The notes under the pieces are model-generated. The model was not told the origin of the DNA and did not search any database. It saw only the letters and a program-made list of their open reading frames with translations. Of a stretch of DNA of 46,708 nucleotides, positions 31,696 to 40,939 are shown in pieces. A program made the translations under genes and the position numbers. Positions within the stretch are counted from its first letter, which is position 1; the number at the start of each line of letters is the position of its first letter. Location: the IMG/VR virus record IMGVR_UViG_2124908030_000005. One strand, given 5' to 3'. This stretch comes from an uncultured virus (IMG/VR IMGVR_UViG_2124908030_000005). Its lineage: Duplodnaviria; Heunggongvirae; Uroviricota; Caudoviricetes; Thumleimavirales; Hafunaviridae.

Positions 31696-33153
31696 TCATC
31701 CGATAGTTCCTTGGAATGGCTGTTCTTCCTGCTTGTCCTGCACGTCGTCGGGGTCGTCGTCGCTCTCGAACGGGCTGGTCTCCTCGATTACTTCGCTCTC
31801 TTGCTGGGCCTGCTCGACCACATCATCCCCGAGGTCTTGTTCGGTGAGGCTGATCTGAGTGCCATCGAACGGGTCGGTGACAATCAGGCCCTCGCCCTCG
31901 CAGAAGGTGCTGATGTATTCTTCAGCAGCGCCCGGCTCTAGGGCAAAGCGAGCGTCCTTTTTTGTCTGCTCGACAATAGCCTCAAAGTCAATCGAGATGT
32001 CTTTCGTCACCTGATCTTCTGTCGCAAACGGTGACGGCTGAAACTTGACGCGAGCCGCCGCGTTGTCTTTGAAGACATAGCCCTTGTCGAGCATGGCGTT
32101 CAGGGAGCCTCGCACCTGGGGTTCAGAGAGGTTATGCCCCTGTCTACGCATCTCTGTCTGGGCCTCCGCGACAGTCATTGCGCTGGGACTGGTTCGCAGT
32201 AAGTCCAGAATCCTGAAGTCTAAGTCTTGGAGGTTGAGAGCCGAGAGAACCATTTTCTCGCCGAACACACGCCACGCCATCCAGAGGTCTTCTGGAGCGG
32301 AGAGCAGCGACACAGTGGCGTCTCTGCCCTCGTTATTTAGCTCCATCCGGTTCTCGTACTTGAACAGCGTCACGGATTTGACGAACTTGTTGAAGCGCCC
32401 GAAGTCCATGCGAGACTCGGGGAACAGATCAGGCAGCGGATTCTCCTGGTCGAAGCCAAGGTGCGTGAGGTTCCAGACTTCTCCGGGGGAAGCATCGTCC
32501 GTGTAGAGACCAACCGGGATTGACTCTGAGTACGCACGAATCTCGTCGTGACGATCTTGAGGAACCTTCTGGTCGTAGCGCCCAACCTCCATTTCTGCCT
32601 GTCGCGTCTTGATGCGAGAGGTGAGGTCAGCACTGCTATCTGTTGAGACGACCATTGCCCGATTCCGAACCTCGGGGTAGTCGTTGAGGTCCACGTTCTG
32701 ATTGTCGCTCGCTGCGAACAGAATCATAGCGTTTGGTGGCCTGATCGTCTGGCTGACCTCTGTTCGCTCGTCGCCAGAGATGTCAGTGAACGAGTGCGTG
32801 GACTCTCTGCCATCGCCGTTGTCCTTGAGCAGTTGCTCAATGTGTTCTTCAAGGCTGGTGATGTCCGGGTAACGGTGGATACGAGACGTGTTCAGTTCCT
32901 CCGCTCGCTGGTATAGCACCGTCTTTGAGGTGGAACTGGGAATCTTGGCTATCTCGTCGCCAGCCATGCAATACTCCACAGCGTCAACCACCATGTCCTT
33001 GCCCGACCGCGAGGGCGACGACATGATTACGAGACCGCCGTTGATTGTAAGGAGAAACACCGAGAGATGCGTGTCGCGCTCACCGACCAAGCCGAAGTCC
33101 CGAGACATCTGAGAGACCTCGAACAACGTCGGCGGCTCTATGTCACTTGGCAT
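31696..33153 (-). CDS. P-loop ATPase, putative replicative helicase, with C-terminal winged helix
   Basis: Walker A-like SPSRSGKD, arginine-finger-like EVRNR; adjacent to the primase. Confidence 0.65.
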   Translation of the reverse strand: MPSDIEPPTLFEVSQMSRDFGLVGERDTHLSVFLLTINGGLVIMSSPSRSGKDMVVDAVEYCMAGDEIAKIPSSTSKTVLYQRAEELNTSRIHRYPDITSLEEHIEQLLKDNGDGRESTHSFTDISGDERTEVSQTIRPPNAMILFAASDNQNVDLNDYPEVRNRAMVVSTDSSADLTSRIKTRQAEMEVGRYDQKVPQDRHDEIRAYSESIPVGLYTDDASPGEVWNLTHLGFDQENPLPDLFPESRMDFGRFNKFVKSVTLFKYENRMELNNEGRDATVSLLSAPEDLWMAWRVFGEKMVLSALNLQDLDFRILDLLRTSPSAMTVAEAQTEMRRQGHNLSEPQVRGSLNAMLDKGYVFKDNAAARVKFQPSPFATEDQVTKDISIDFEAIVEQTKKDARFALEPGAAEEYISTFCEGEGLIVTDPFDGTQISLTEQDLGDDVVEQAQQESEVIEETSPFESDDDPDDVQDKQEEQPFQGTIG

Positions 33154-33158
33154 GAAGA

Positions 33159-33395
33159 TTAGTCTTCGCGTTCGTCTTTGACTTGCTGCTCGACTCGCCG
33201 CGCAATCAATCGCTTCGCGTGTTCTTGGGCCAGTTCTCCGAGCTTGTGCTGAAGAATCTCAGCGGATTGCTCGTCGCCAACTGAGGCTTTGTATTCTACC
33301 TCTGCGCTACTCGGCTCGTACTGCTGCACCTGCTTAGTTTCACTTGCTGTCACTGACACTTCTTTTACTGAGTCAAGTGCTTCTTGAGTATCCAT
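33159..33395 (-). CDS. Hypothetical protein
   Basis: 78 aa ORF starting 10 nt after a mini-tRNA element. Confidence 0.6.
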   Translation of the reverse strand: MDTQEALDSVKEVSVTASETKQVQQYEPSSAEVEYKASVGDEQSAEILQHKLGELAQEHAKRLIARRVEQQVKDERED

Positions 33396-33405
33396 AGTAC
33401 CTCAG

Positions 33406-33445
33406 ACCCCTGCTAGGAGTCGAACCTAGCGCGGCCACGGGGGGT
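33406..33445 (-). ncRNA. Mini-tRNA-like element
   Basis: ACCCCC-cgtggccgc-GCTAGG-TTCGACT-CCTAGC-AGGGGT. Confidence 0.65.
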
Positions 33446-33476
33446 AATAGTTAGCGGGCTGTGCTACGGAACCTTG

Positions 33477-33710
33477 TTACAGCTCTGCGTGAGCGTAATA
33501 GTGTTCCACGACTTCTGCTGGGAAATGCACCTTCATGTACTCGTGGCCGCCTTCTTCGATACCTCGCGTAGTGATTGTACCTCGGTCGTGGTGGAACTCC
33601 GTGTCGTGGGGATGAATCGTGTACTCCCTATCACTATCCAGCACCAGCATCATCTCGCCTTCTTGATCGTAAAGCAATGCTTCGAGAGATTCAGTAGTGT
33701 ATCGAGCCAT
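33477..33710 (-). CDS. Hypothetical protein
   Basis: 77 aa acidic ORF. Confidence 0.6.
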   Translation of the reverse strand: MARYTTESLEALLYDQEGEMMLVLDSDREYTIHPHDTEFHHDRGTITTRGIEEGGHEYMKVHFPAEVVEHYYAHAEL

Positions 33711-33760
33711 TAATTGTAAGAGTAGAGTCGCGTGTTTAGAGTCCTATGCCGCCGACTTCT

Positions 33761-34747
33761 CTACATCCGCGCTTCGATTTCGTCTATCATCACGTCGAGG
33801 TCGATCTCGTAATCGTCCGGCGCTTCTGACTTGACCATCCGCTCTACACTGTCGCGCTCGGTGTTTTCAGTGCGAGCGAACATATCGAGCAAGTCTTCAA
33901 CCGAATCAGGAATGTCTGCGTCGTTCGTCGTGTCCGGGTCTGGCTCCGAATTACGACTCTCGACGCTTTCTGTATCGTCCGACTCGTCTGGGGTCGTGTC
34001 GCTGTTCGGAATCGTGATTGGTGTCTCGGATTCGCCGTCGAGGACAACCGCATCAGTGAACGTCACTTCGCTGTCAAGGTCGTCAATGTCGTCGGGAGTG
34101 AGCGTCGTCTGCTCGAACCAGAACATGATGCGCTCACCTTCTAGCTCGTCTCGAAGGCCAAACTCGTCTGCTGAGTCGGCATTGAGCCAACTATGATCGT
34201 CCTGTTTGTCTGCCTCGGAAATGATGTCGTGGCCGTGGTCCGAGAGAACCTTGGCCATCGTTCGGGCTTTCTTGCCGTTTCCCAGCCAGAGGTCGAAGTC
34301 ACCGAGCGGAACTGGGTCGTCGCCTCGATCTTCCAAGACACCTTCTTGGACTTGGTACTTGTACTGGTCTCCACCTGCTTCTTGGGTGACTCGTCGGCCA
34401 ACCTCGTCAATTGAGATTTCGCCGCCTTCATCGAACGGGATGAGGTTCATGTCCTCGTCGGTATCGAACCACGTCTCCCAGCCCATGATTTTCGTCTTCT
34501 CGTCTGCCACGCCGTCGCCGTTCTCGACTCGCTCCGTGATAACGCCCTGTAGCACTTCCAGGTCGTCCATGTTGAGAATCATTGACTTGCCGTAGGAACC
34601 GTCGTAGACCGACGTACTGGCCAGTGTGGCCTCAACAATCGAGTACCGACCGAGCAAAAGGCTGTCTCGGTCCTTGAAGTCGTCGCTGCTGCTGTTGGTT
34701 GGTGAACTGGACGGATTGTAATTCGTGGAGTTGAATCGGTTTGCCAT
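33761..34747 (-). CDS. Very acidic hypothetical protein, possibly ssDNA-binding or replication accessory
   Basis: Start reassigned to MANRF at 34747 because the upstream extension crosses non-coding elements. Function is suggested by context only. Confidence 0.55.
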   Translation of the reverse strand: MANRFNSTNYNPSSSPTNSSSDDFKDRDSLLLGRYSIVEATLASTSVYDGSYGKSMILNMDDLEVLQGVITERVENGDGVADEKTKIMGWETWFDTDEDMNLIPFDEGGEISIDEVGRRVTQEAGGDQYKYQVQEGVLEDRGDDPVPLGDFDLWLGNGKKARTMAKVLSDHGHDIISEADKQDDHSWLNADSADEFGLRDELEGERIMFWFEQTTLTPDDIDDLDSEVTFTDAVVLDGESETPITIPNSDTTPDESDDTESVESRNSEPDPDTTNDADIPDSVEDLLDMFARTENTERDSVERMVKSEAPDDYEIDLDVMIDEIEARM

Positions 34748-34816
34748 TGAAAGAGAGAGGACCGCTACCGCAATCGCAATTAGTAATCGACCGATACTAG
34801 AACACCGAGACCGCAA

Positions 34817-34859
34817 TGAACCCAGCAGAATCGAACTGCTGTTCGCCGTCGCCGGTCCA
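34817..34859 (-). ncRNA. Mini-tRNA-like element
   Basis: TGGACC-ggcgacggcgaa-CAGCAG-TTCGATT-CTGCTG-GGTTCA. Confidence 0.6.
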
Positions 34860-34889
34860 AAGGCTTCGCTTCTTTTGTTTGCTTCCATC

Positions 34890-34921
34890 CACTTACGTAA
34901 AGGGGACCTAGACACATAAAG
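34890..34921 (-). promoter_or_regulatory. Conserved viral promoter-like motif
   Basis: CTTTATGTGT-CTAGGTCCCC-TTTACGTAAGTG. Confidence 0.6.
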
Positions 34922-35008
34922 GGCAGGTTTTGGTCTTACCAGCAGAGCCAAGAGAATCAGCGCCACAGAGCCGAAGGCTGAAGGTTTTTCATTCATTATC
35001 ATTCTTCT

Positions 35009-35040
35009 CACTTACTATAAGGGGACCCAGAGTTATAAAG
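35009..35040 (-). promoter_or_regulatory. Conserved viral promoter-like motif
   Basis: CTTTATAACT-CTGGGTCCCC-TTATAGTAAGTG. Confidence 0.6.
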
Positions 35041-35109
35041 TCTGCGTCTTCGGTCTTTGTTTTTTCGCAAAGACTTAACAAGGGTAAAGCACCACGTTTC
35101 ATACGTGCA

Positions 35110-35685
35110 ATGCAGGTCAAAAATTTAGAGGACGAAGTTCGCTGTCCGATTGATGGCTGTGATTCCACTGCCGTCGCTCGTGGCCTCCATATTCACGTCT
35201 ATCAAACAGACGACCCAGAAGGCAGCGGCCACTACCCGAGAGGCGAAGTCCCTCCAGACTTCGACCCAAAGGCCGTAGAAGTAGAAGGGCAGAAAGAAGT
35301 TGAGATGGACTTCCCGCAGCGGCTCAATATGCAAGAAACAGAGTACCTGTGTACTTTCTGTGGCTCGTCGTTTCAGGGGCGGAGAGGGCTGTTCATCCAT
35401 CTGGGCCAATCCGCTGGGAAAAACAACATCCCTGAGAACGTCACTGATCGGTTCGAGCCTGATGATTTCCCCATCGTAGAGACCGACGACGACGGCAACA
35501 TCGAGGAAGTGGTCAAGTGGGGCGACAGTGCTGTGCCACCGCTGGAACCATACCTGCCGTGGGTGATGGATTACGAACGGGGCTACGTTGATCGAGAGCG
35601 GGTCGTTGATTTCGTTGATAAGATCAAGAACAGTCCAACCGGAGCCGCGTCTGCTGAAGCCATTGAAGATGCGTTGTTGAAGTAG
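35110..35685 (+). CDS. C2H2-type Zn-finger protein with two finger repeats
   Basis: CPIDGC...RGLHIH and CTFCG...RGLFIH. Confidence 0.7.
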   Translation: MQVKNLEDEVRCPIDGCDSTAVARGLHIHVYQTDDPEGSGHYPRGEVPPDFDPKAVEVEGQKEVEMDFPQRLNMQETEYLCTFCGSSFQGRRGLFIHLGQSAGKNNIPENVTDRFEPDDFPIVETDDDGNIEEVVKWGDSAVPPLEPYLPWVMDYERGYVDRERVVDFVDKIKNSPTGAASAEAIEDALLK

Positions 35686-35962
35686 CATAGTTAGAACCGT
35701 ATCTTTCCGGTTTCTAATAATCTCTCTAGTACCTTTTTGCCCTAGAAAGGATTATAGAAGGAGTCAATGTCATTCTATCTGATTAGTTGTTACTACAGTA
35801 TTAATTAATAGCCCGAGTACCCCACGTAGTGGGGTACGAGGGCGTAGATACAACTATTGTTGTTATTATTAGTTGTTGCTGTAGCCTTTGCTGTAGTTGT
35901 TGCTGTGCCGCACCGCTCCGCAAATCGCGCACACGCGAGGCCAGCAAAGACCAAAGACAAGG

Positions 35963-35993
35963 CTTTTAACTTTAGGTCCCCTTTTACACAGTG
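35963..35993 (+). promoter_or_regulatory. Conserved viral promoter-like motif
   Basis: CTTTTAACT-TTAGGTCCCC-TTTTACACAGTG, upstream of the ORF at 36027. Confidence 0.55.
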
Positions 35994-36026
35994 GAAGCAA
36001 GTCTTGATTTCACTACTTCTACTTTT

Positions 36027-36533
36027 ATGTCTGACAGTGACAACTACGACGACCAGCGGCCAACAAATGCAGGAATTGACTCGGCAGGTAACACACACTT
36101 TCACCCCTCTGACGCACCGGCAGACCAGAAGCGAAAGTACCGTCGAATGTGGCGGTACAACGAAGACCTCCAGCGAGACCGGAACCATGCTAACACCAGC
36201 GAGATCAGGCGGCGGACCAACAACCACACTCTCGACGCTATTGCTGGCCAACTCGGAATCCCCGACTTTCAGAAAGAGGAAGTCGAGATCGTCATGGAGA
36301 CTGAAAACTTCGGAGAAATGCAATGCGGGCCGTGGTTGAACTACTCTATCTACTGTTTCGCCGTCGTGATTGTTGTTTGGAATAGATACCATGAACACTT
36401 ACAGGAGAAATTCATCGTTGGTGCCGGTAATCTCGAACACTTCGACCAGATGCAAAGTGAGCTTGACATCACCGACAGGCAACTCGAACAGGCACTTGAA
36501 GAACTGGATTACTCGCTGGGGGAGTACGCCTAA
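36027..36533 (+). CDS. Truncated TFB-like protein (linker plus one cyclin-like repeat)
   Basis: KYRRMWRYN...LDAIAGQLGIPDFQKEEV resembles the TFB pattern RLRKWQ...I.R.AS.L.LP..V.E.A. Confidence 0.45.
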   Translation: MSDSDNYDDQRPTNAGIDSAGNTHFHPSDAPADQKRKYRRMWRYNEDLQRDRNHANTSEIRRRTNNHTLDAIAGQLGIPDFQKEEVEIVMETENFGEMQCGPWLNYSIYCFAVVIVVWNRYHEHLQEKFIVGAGNLEHFDQMQSELDITDRQLEQALEELDYSLGEYA

Positions 36534-36997
36534 TGCACCGTTTTACAGTGCTGAGAGACACCAGAGAGAAGAAGCCATACGACTTCCAGAACTATCCAGT
36601 CCAGACAAAAGACAAGAAACTCACTACAGGCGACTACTGCCTGGAGCGAGACGCCACAGAAATGCCCAAGGGCGGTTACGAACCATCCTACGCCGTCGAG
36701 CGGAAGAACCCGAGCGACTTCGTGAACAGCATCACTTGGGAACGAGATCGCTTCGAGAACGAACTGGCCCGTGCCGACTCGATGCCACACCGGATGCCAG
36801 TGGTAGTTGAACGAAGTAAACAATACTTTGAAGACGGACACTACTACCGAAATGTCAATCCTAGTTCGATTCTTGGCACAATTGATGCTCACCCTCAACG
36901 CTACAACATTGACTACTTCTTCTCACCTAACCGGAACGACGCCGAATACACGACGTTTGAATTTCTGGACTGGCGAAGGAAGCAGTTGGTTGAGTAA
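36533..36997 (+). CDS. ERCC4/XPF-family nuclease
   Basis: DTREKKP, LTTGDY and VERK..SD motifs. Confidence 0.85.
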   Translation: MHRFTVLRDTREKKPYDFQNYPVQTKDKKLTTGDYCLERDATEMPKGGYEPSYAVERKNPSDFVNSITWERDRFENELARADSMPHRMPVVVERSKQYFEDGHYYRNVNPSSILGTIDAHPQRYNIDYFFSPNRNDAEYTTFEFLDWRRKQLVE

Positions 36998-37171
36998 CTA
37001 CGGAATCAAGGCTGTAAGAGAGTCCTTCTGCTGCCGAAGGAATGCCCCTTCCGAGAAGTCTCGCTCGCTTAGACGCTCCTCATTGGCTTTTATGGTACTC
37101 TCAATGTCGAGTGCGAGCCGGTCAATCATGTCGTCTGTCCATTCCGTTTCCTCAGCAGTTGCTTCAGTCAT
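36998..37171 (-). CDS. Small hypothetical protein (57 aa, not in the ORF track)
   Basis: MTEATAEETEWTDDMIDRLALDIE...LIP*, acidic, with an AT-rich upstream region. Confidence 0.55.
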   Translation of the reverse strand: MTEATAEETEWTDDMIDRLALDIESTIKANEERLSERDFSEGAFLRQQKDSLTALIP

Positions 37172-37212
37172 TGTATATAAAGGTTAAGGTTATTTTAGTT
37201 TGTTTTACGTCT

Positions 37213-37518
37213 CTATTCGTCGCTTTGCAAACGCGCTCCATTTTCCGCATAGCCAGCCATATCCACCCAGTTATCTTCGTTGTAGTGGCCCCCGGCGGCC
37301 CGGCTGGTCTTCAGATCAACCATCATTGCAGCTACGTCTGCGGCTTCTAACTCGAAGGAGTCTGCCCCGTCAATGTCACTCGAACGAAGTAGCTCTCTCA
37401 AGTGGGCGCTCCACTTGTCTGCGATAGTCTGGAACGAGTCTTCGGGATTACCGTTCTCTCCTGGCCGGTTGTACACTACGTCTGATGCGGCTTGCAAGAC
37501 TTCTGTATGATCACTCAT
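37213..37518 (-). CDS. DUF6378-like protein
   Basis: GNPEDSFQTIADKWS...DVAAMMVDLK..R...DNWVDMAGYA. Confidence 0.75.
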   Translation of the reverse strand: MSDHTEVLQAASDVVYNRPGENGNPEDSFQTIADKWSAHLRELLRSSDIDGADSFELEAADVAAMMVDLKTSRAAGGHYNEDNWVDMAGYAENGARLQSDE

Positions 37519-37626
37519 GAATCTATCACACAATCGTCATTCATACAAAACCAGCCCACTACGCCGCTTACCATTGGTTCATCTACGTGAGTTTTTTCTT
37601 CGCCGCATTTGTAGCACTTCGGTTTG

Positions 37627-37890
37627 TTACTCATATTCAACTCTCCAGAGATCGTTTTCGATTACAATACATCCTGTCGGGTCGAGGATTTCAAGTATCA
37701 CTTCGTAGCCGTGGGTGAACAGCGATTCTTCGGCTTTGTCTATGATTCCGTTCGTTAGATTGTCGCCGTAGAACGCGCTGGGCACAGAGTCGTAAGTTTT
37801 AGATTCGATTCTTGTTGGCTGAAATCGCACTGTTTCGTCATTGTGAACGAACGTTGCTTCTCGGCCTGGAAATTTTGGGTACGTTGTCAT
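37627..37890 (-). CDS. Hypothetical protein
   Basis: 87 aa ORF. Confidence 0.55.
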   Translation of the reverse strand: MTTYPKFPGREATFVHNDETVRFQPTRIESKTYDSVPSAFYGDNLTNGIIDKAEESLFTHGYEVILEILDPTGCIVIENDLWRVEYE

Positions 37891-38004
37891 TGATCTACCT
37901 GAGTGAACGAGCCGTGACCGCAGTAACTACACTGCCAGTTTAGTTCTTTCAGCACTGCTTGCCTGTACGGCATCGAGCAATTCTCACATTTCCATGGTCT
38001 CGCG

Positions 38005-38283
38005 CTATCGGATTTTGATTTCATACCTTGTGGCGAAGCCGGTTGTCGCATAGTGCGAGCCGTAAGAAATCAAACAGTCATTTTCTCGCACCTCCATCTT
38101 TTGATCGTCGCTCCGAGTGAACACTATCTTTCGATCTCGTGTGTCACCGTTTCTGGGAAGTTTCACGCCATTGACTTTCCCTTCGACAACCTGCCGGTCT
38201 TCTGCTCGGGAAGAATTGTACGTCACTCGAATCCACGCGCCATCTTCGATCTGACACGCCGCGTCCATGAACCTGTCACTCAT
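38005..38283 (-). CDS. Hypothetical protein
   Basis: 92 aa ORF. Confidence 0.55.
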   Translation of the reverse strand: MSDRFMDAACQIEDGAWIRVTYNSSRAEDRQVVEGKVNGVKLPRNGDTRDRKIVFTRSDDQKMEVRENDCLISYGSHYATTGFATRYEIKIR

Positions 38284-38443
38284 GTCTTTGGATAGTCAAA
38301 ATGTACTCGCTGTCGCCGAAGTCGAGCAGCATCTTCTTCCCTTGGTGCTTGATACACCAGTCTTCATTTGGAGACTGTGCAAGGCTCGTTAATTCCTGTT
38401 CGTCTGCGCTGTCGCTAGCGAAAGGATGTGATTTTTCAGCCAT
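38276..38443 (-). CDS. Small hypothetical protein (55 aa)
   Basis: MAEKSHPFASDS...IQRHE*, starting 21 nt after a mini-tRNA element. Confidence 0.5.
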   Translation of the reverse strand: MAEKSHPFASDSADEQELTSLAQSPNEDWCIKHQGKKMLLDFGDSEYILTIQRHE

Positions 38444-38464
38444 AGTAATTAGAGTCGCACTGCA

Positions 38465-38510
38465 TGGACTAGCAGGGAATCGAACCCTGCGCTAACTACC
38501 AGTTAATCTA
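38465..38510 (-). ncRNA. Mini-tRNA-like element
   Basis: TAGATTA-actggtagttagc-GCAGGG-TTCGATT-CCCTGC-TAGTCCA. Confidence 0.65.
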
Positions 38511-38615
38511 ATACCCGAAAGCGCCCTGCACCATCTGCCACGAGAGATACAGAAACACCACGTCTACGATTAGAGCGAACGCTACGACTGTCGCCACTAC
38601 TTCTACACTCAACAT
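38508..38615 (-). CDS. 35 aa single-pass membrane peptide
   Basis: MLSVEVVATVVAFALIVDVVFLYLSWQMVQGAFGY*; its stop overlaps the 5' end of the element. Confidence 0.4.
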   Translation of the reverse strand: MLSVEVVATVVAFALIVDVVFLYLSWQMVQGAFGY

Positions 38616-38690
38616 TTTACTGACCTAGAAACCAGATACCTGCAAAGAATGTTGCAAACCAGATCACTAGGACCACAGCGAATCCGAACG

Positions 38691-39023
38691 TCATGCTTTA
38701 TCTGACCTCACGAACCGGGTGAAGCCCCCGCATTCTCCTTGGCAATAGTTCGTGGTTTTGATCTTTGGTGTTTCGATCTCAGTCACCCAGCCACAAAGAA
38801 CGCAGGTGTGGGTGGTGACATCTCCCTCATCAGTGTCCACGTCATTTCTCCACTTGTCCCAGTCAACGTCGTCTAAGTCTGGATTTTGCTCGGGGAGGTC
38901 ATAGAGGGTGTGATCGTGGTCGGCCTGCTGAATGGCTTTTTCTCGTGCTGTTCCAGAATAGAGGCGGCCTTGAAGATTGCCTGCTTTCTCGTCGCTGTCG
39001 TCGTCACTATTGTTGTCAGTCAT
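38691..39023 (-). CDS. Zn-finger hypothetical protein
   Basis: CVLCG...CQGECG; start MTDNNS lies downstream of a promoter motif. Confidence 0.55.
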   Translation of the reverse strand: MTDNNSDDDSDEKAGNLQGRLYSGTAREKAIQQADHDHTLYDLPEQNPDLDDVDWDKWRNDVDTDEGDVTTHTCVLCGWVTEIETPKIKTTNYCQGECGGFTRFVRSDKA

Positions 39024-39042
39024 GGTTAGAAGAATCGTCCTG

Positions 39043-39073
39043 CACTTACTATAACGGGATGCTAAGACTAAAG
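39043..39073 (-). promoter_or_regulatory. Conserved viral promoter-like motif (variant)
   Basis: CTTTAGTCT-TAGCATCCCG-TTATAGTAAGTG. Confidence 0.5.
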
Positions 39074-39088
39074 GCTGTCGCTTCGGTC

Positions 39089-40876
39089 TTACCGCCACGG
39101 AGCAGATTCTTCATCGGACCAGTGTTGCGGCGGTGAGTCGGTGATTGCTTCAGTGAACCAGTTTGGCATGGCCGTTCGGCTCACCACGTCATGGAATTTG
39201 CTGTCCAGAACGTAGTACGACGCCGCTTCTTCTGGCTCTGGACCCCGGACTGCACGGCCCACGGACTGCTGGATGGCGATTGAAGTTGCGCTGTAGTACC
39301 AGTTCCAGTCCTTTTCCTCGTTGAGCAGATAACTCACCCGCTCGTCGCCGACCGCTCCGAACGGCACCTTGAGAAGTGCCTGCCATCGGCACAGATCGCC
39401 GTGAAGGTCAACGCCCTGCGTCATGGCTGGCGTGGCAAGAATCTGCTTGTCGCTGTCTTGCCACTCTTGTATGACCACATCAGAATCTTTCTCTTGGTCG
39501 TCCATCATCACACCATCAACCCACTGGCGCACTTTCTCAGCACGATTGTAGGAGTTGGTGTGAACGACGCCCTTCTCTCCGGGGTGCTGGTCTCGCACCT
39601 CGCGTAGTTTTTGCATGGCCTCGCCCCAGTTTTCTTCCTCACTGTCACCGGACATAGGCCCGCTCTCCGTCGCTGTGGAGATTAGCCTATGCTCCCGGTC
39701 GAAAGGCATTGACTTGGAAATGAGCGCCGTGCGACCGCCCAGACCCAGCCTCTCGCACCACTGCTGGATGTTGTCTCGATACGGGATGGTCGCCGAGGAA
39801 ATCACCCGCTTTCGACCACGGCTGAAGACCTTGCGGGCCAAGAATTTGTCCACGTAAACCGGCTTCATCTCTATCTTTTTCGTAGAGTCGCCATCCCTGT
39901 CTGTCGTCTCGCTGACGTTGACTACCCACTCTCTGCCGTCACCGATCTCCTTGAGAGTGTACTGAAACTTACGTAGATAATTCTCACAATTCCGCACTTG
40001 TTTCTGCTTGTTGGGGTTTTCCTCGTGCAGATCAGCGAAGTCCTTGGCTCGTCGTGCCACGGCAGAGAGAATGTCCTCGACCTCGTGGAATCGCTCGTAA
40101 CTCCAGTTTGCCTGTCGGCCTGCTCCGTCGAACACAGTCGGAGGCAGCGACCACGGAGACACGGAATACCCAGCGAACAGGCTCGCAGCCTGGTTCTCTA
40201 GGTCCTGCCCCTCGTCAACGATTAGCACATCTCGGTCTCGGAACCCGAGCGGCTGTCCTTCTTGGGTCTCTGGCGGCACGTTGTTATCGAGGATAAGCAT
40301 AGCGAAGGTCAATGTCGCCACGTCTGAGGACCGTGCCATCATTTTTGCATCCCAGTACGTACAGGCTGGAGTGTCCAGGCAAGATTTCTCTGGGTCTGAC
40401 TGAATGGCGCAGGAGTCACACGCACTGCCTGTTTCGCCGCACACGTAATCGGCGCGAGCCTTCAGCCCATCGACGTAGGGTTCGAGGTCGCCGTCTTCCA
40501 CTAACTGCTCACGGAGTTGCTTCTGTGGAGTCGTGTAGAACGATTGGCCTTTGGTGAGGTTCACTCTCGTAGAGAATGAGTCTGCGAGCATCTGCTGTGA
40601 GGAAGCCAGGAAAGAAGTCACGGCAGCAATCGTGACATTGAGCGGCGACTTCCCGACCCCGGTTGGCAGATCAAGAATCACGTTGTCTTTGCCGTTCACA
40701 TACAACTCCTCCAGAGCCTCGTAGAGTGCTTCGTCCTGCCCCTCTCGGTAGGCCGGGAAGGGGAAGGCAGCGTCGGCAAGGTCGTGAAGGTAGAGAGTGA
40801 AGCCCGCCTTACTGTCTGGGTAATCCGCTGGGTTCGGTGCGTCGTCGTCACTAAGCGGCGTCGTTGTTTTGCTCAT
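39089..40876 (-). CDS. DinG/XPD (Rad3)-family SF2 helicase
   Basis: YREGQ Q-motif, PTGVGKS, Fe-S-type Cys residues, VDEGQ, SAT, QGVDL, KVPF and QSVGRAVR. Confidence 0.9.
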   Translation of the reverse strand: MSKTTTPLSDDDAPNPADYPDSKAGFTLYLHDLADAAFPFPAYREGQDEALYEALEELYVNGKDNVILDLPTGVGKSPLNVTIAAVTSFLASSQQMLADSFSTRVNLTKGQSFYTTPQKQLREQLVEDGDLEPYVDGLKARADYVCGETGSACDSCAIQSDPEKSCLDTPACTYWDAKMMARSSDVATLTFAMLILDNNVPPETQEGQPLGFRDRDVLIVDEGQDLENQAASLFAGYSVSPWSLPPTVFDGAGRQANWSYERFHEVEDILSAVARRAKDFADLHEENPNKQKQVRNCENYLRKFQYTLKEIGDGREWVVNVSETTDRDGDSTKKIEMKPVYVDKFLARKVFSRGRKRVISSATIPYRDNIQQWCERLGLGGRTALISKSMPFDREHRLISTATESGPMSGDSEEENWGEAMQKLREVRDQHPGEKGVVHTNSYNRAEKVRQWVDGVMMDDQEKDSDVVIQEWQDSDKQILATPAMTQGVDLHGDLCRWQALLKVPFGAVGDERVSYLLNEEKDWNWYYSATSIAIQQSVGRAVRGPEPEEAASYYVLDSKFHDVVSRTAMPNWFTEAITDSPPQHWSDEESAPWR

Positions 40877-40894
40877 TAGTAGAAAGGACCGCAG

Positions 40895-40935
40895 GAGGGA
40901 AGCAGGAATCGAACCCGCTCTATGCCAATTCCCCG
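40895..40935 (-). ncRNA. Mini-tRNA-like element
   Basis: cGGGGAA-ttggcataga-GCGGG-TTCGATT-CCTGC-TTCCCTc. Confidence 0.7.
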
Positions 40936-40939
40936 AGAG

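Noticed and set aside
34748..35011. Hydrophobic N-terminal extension of the 33761 ORF
   Set aside because: It starts at a non-ATG codon, crosses a promoter motif and a mini-tRNA element, and differs in composition from the acidic body.
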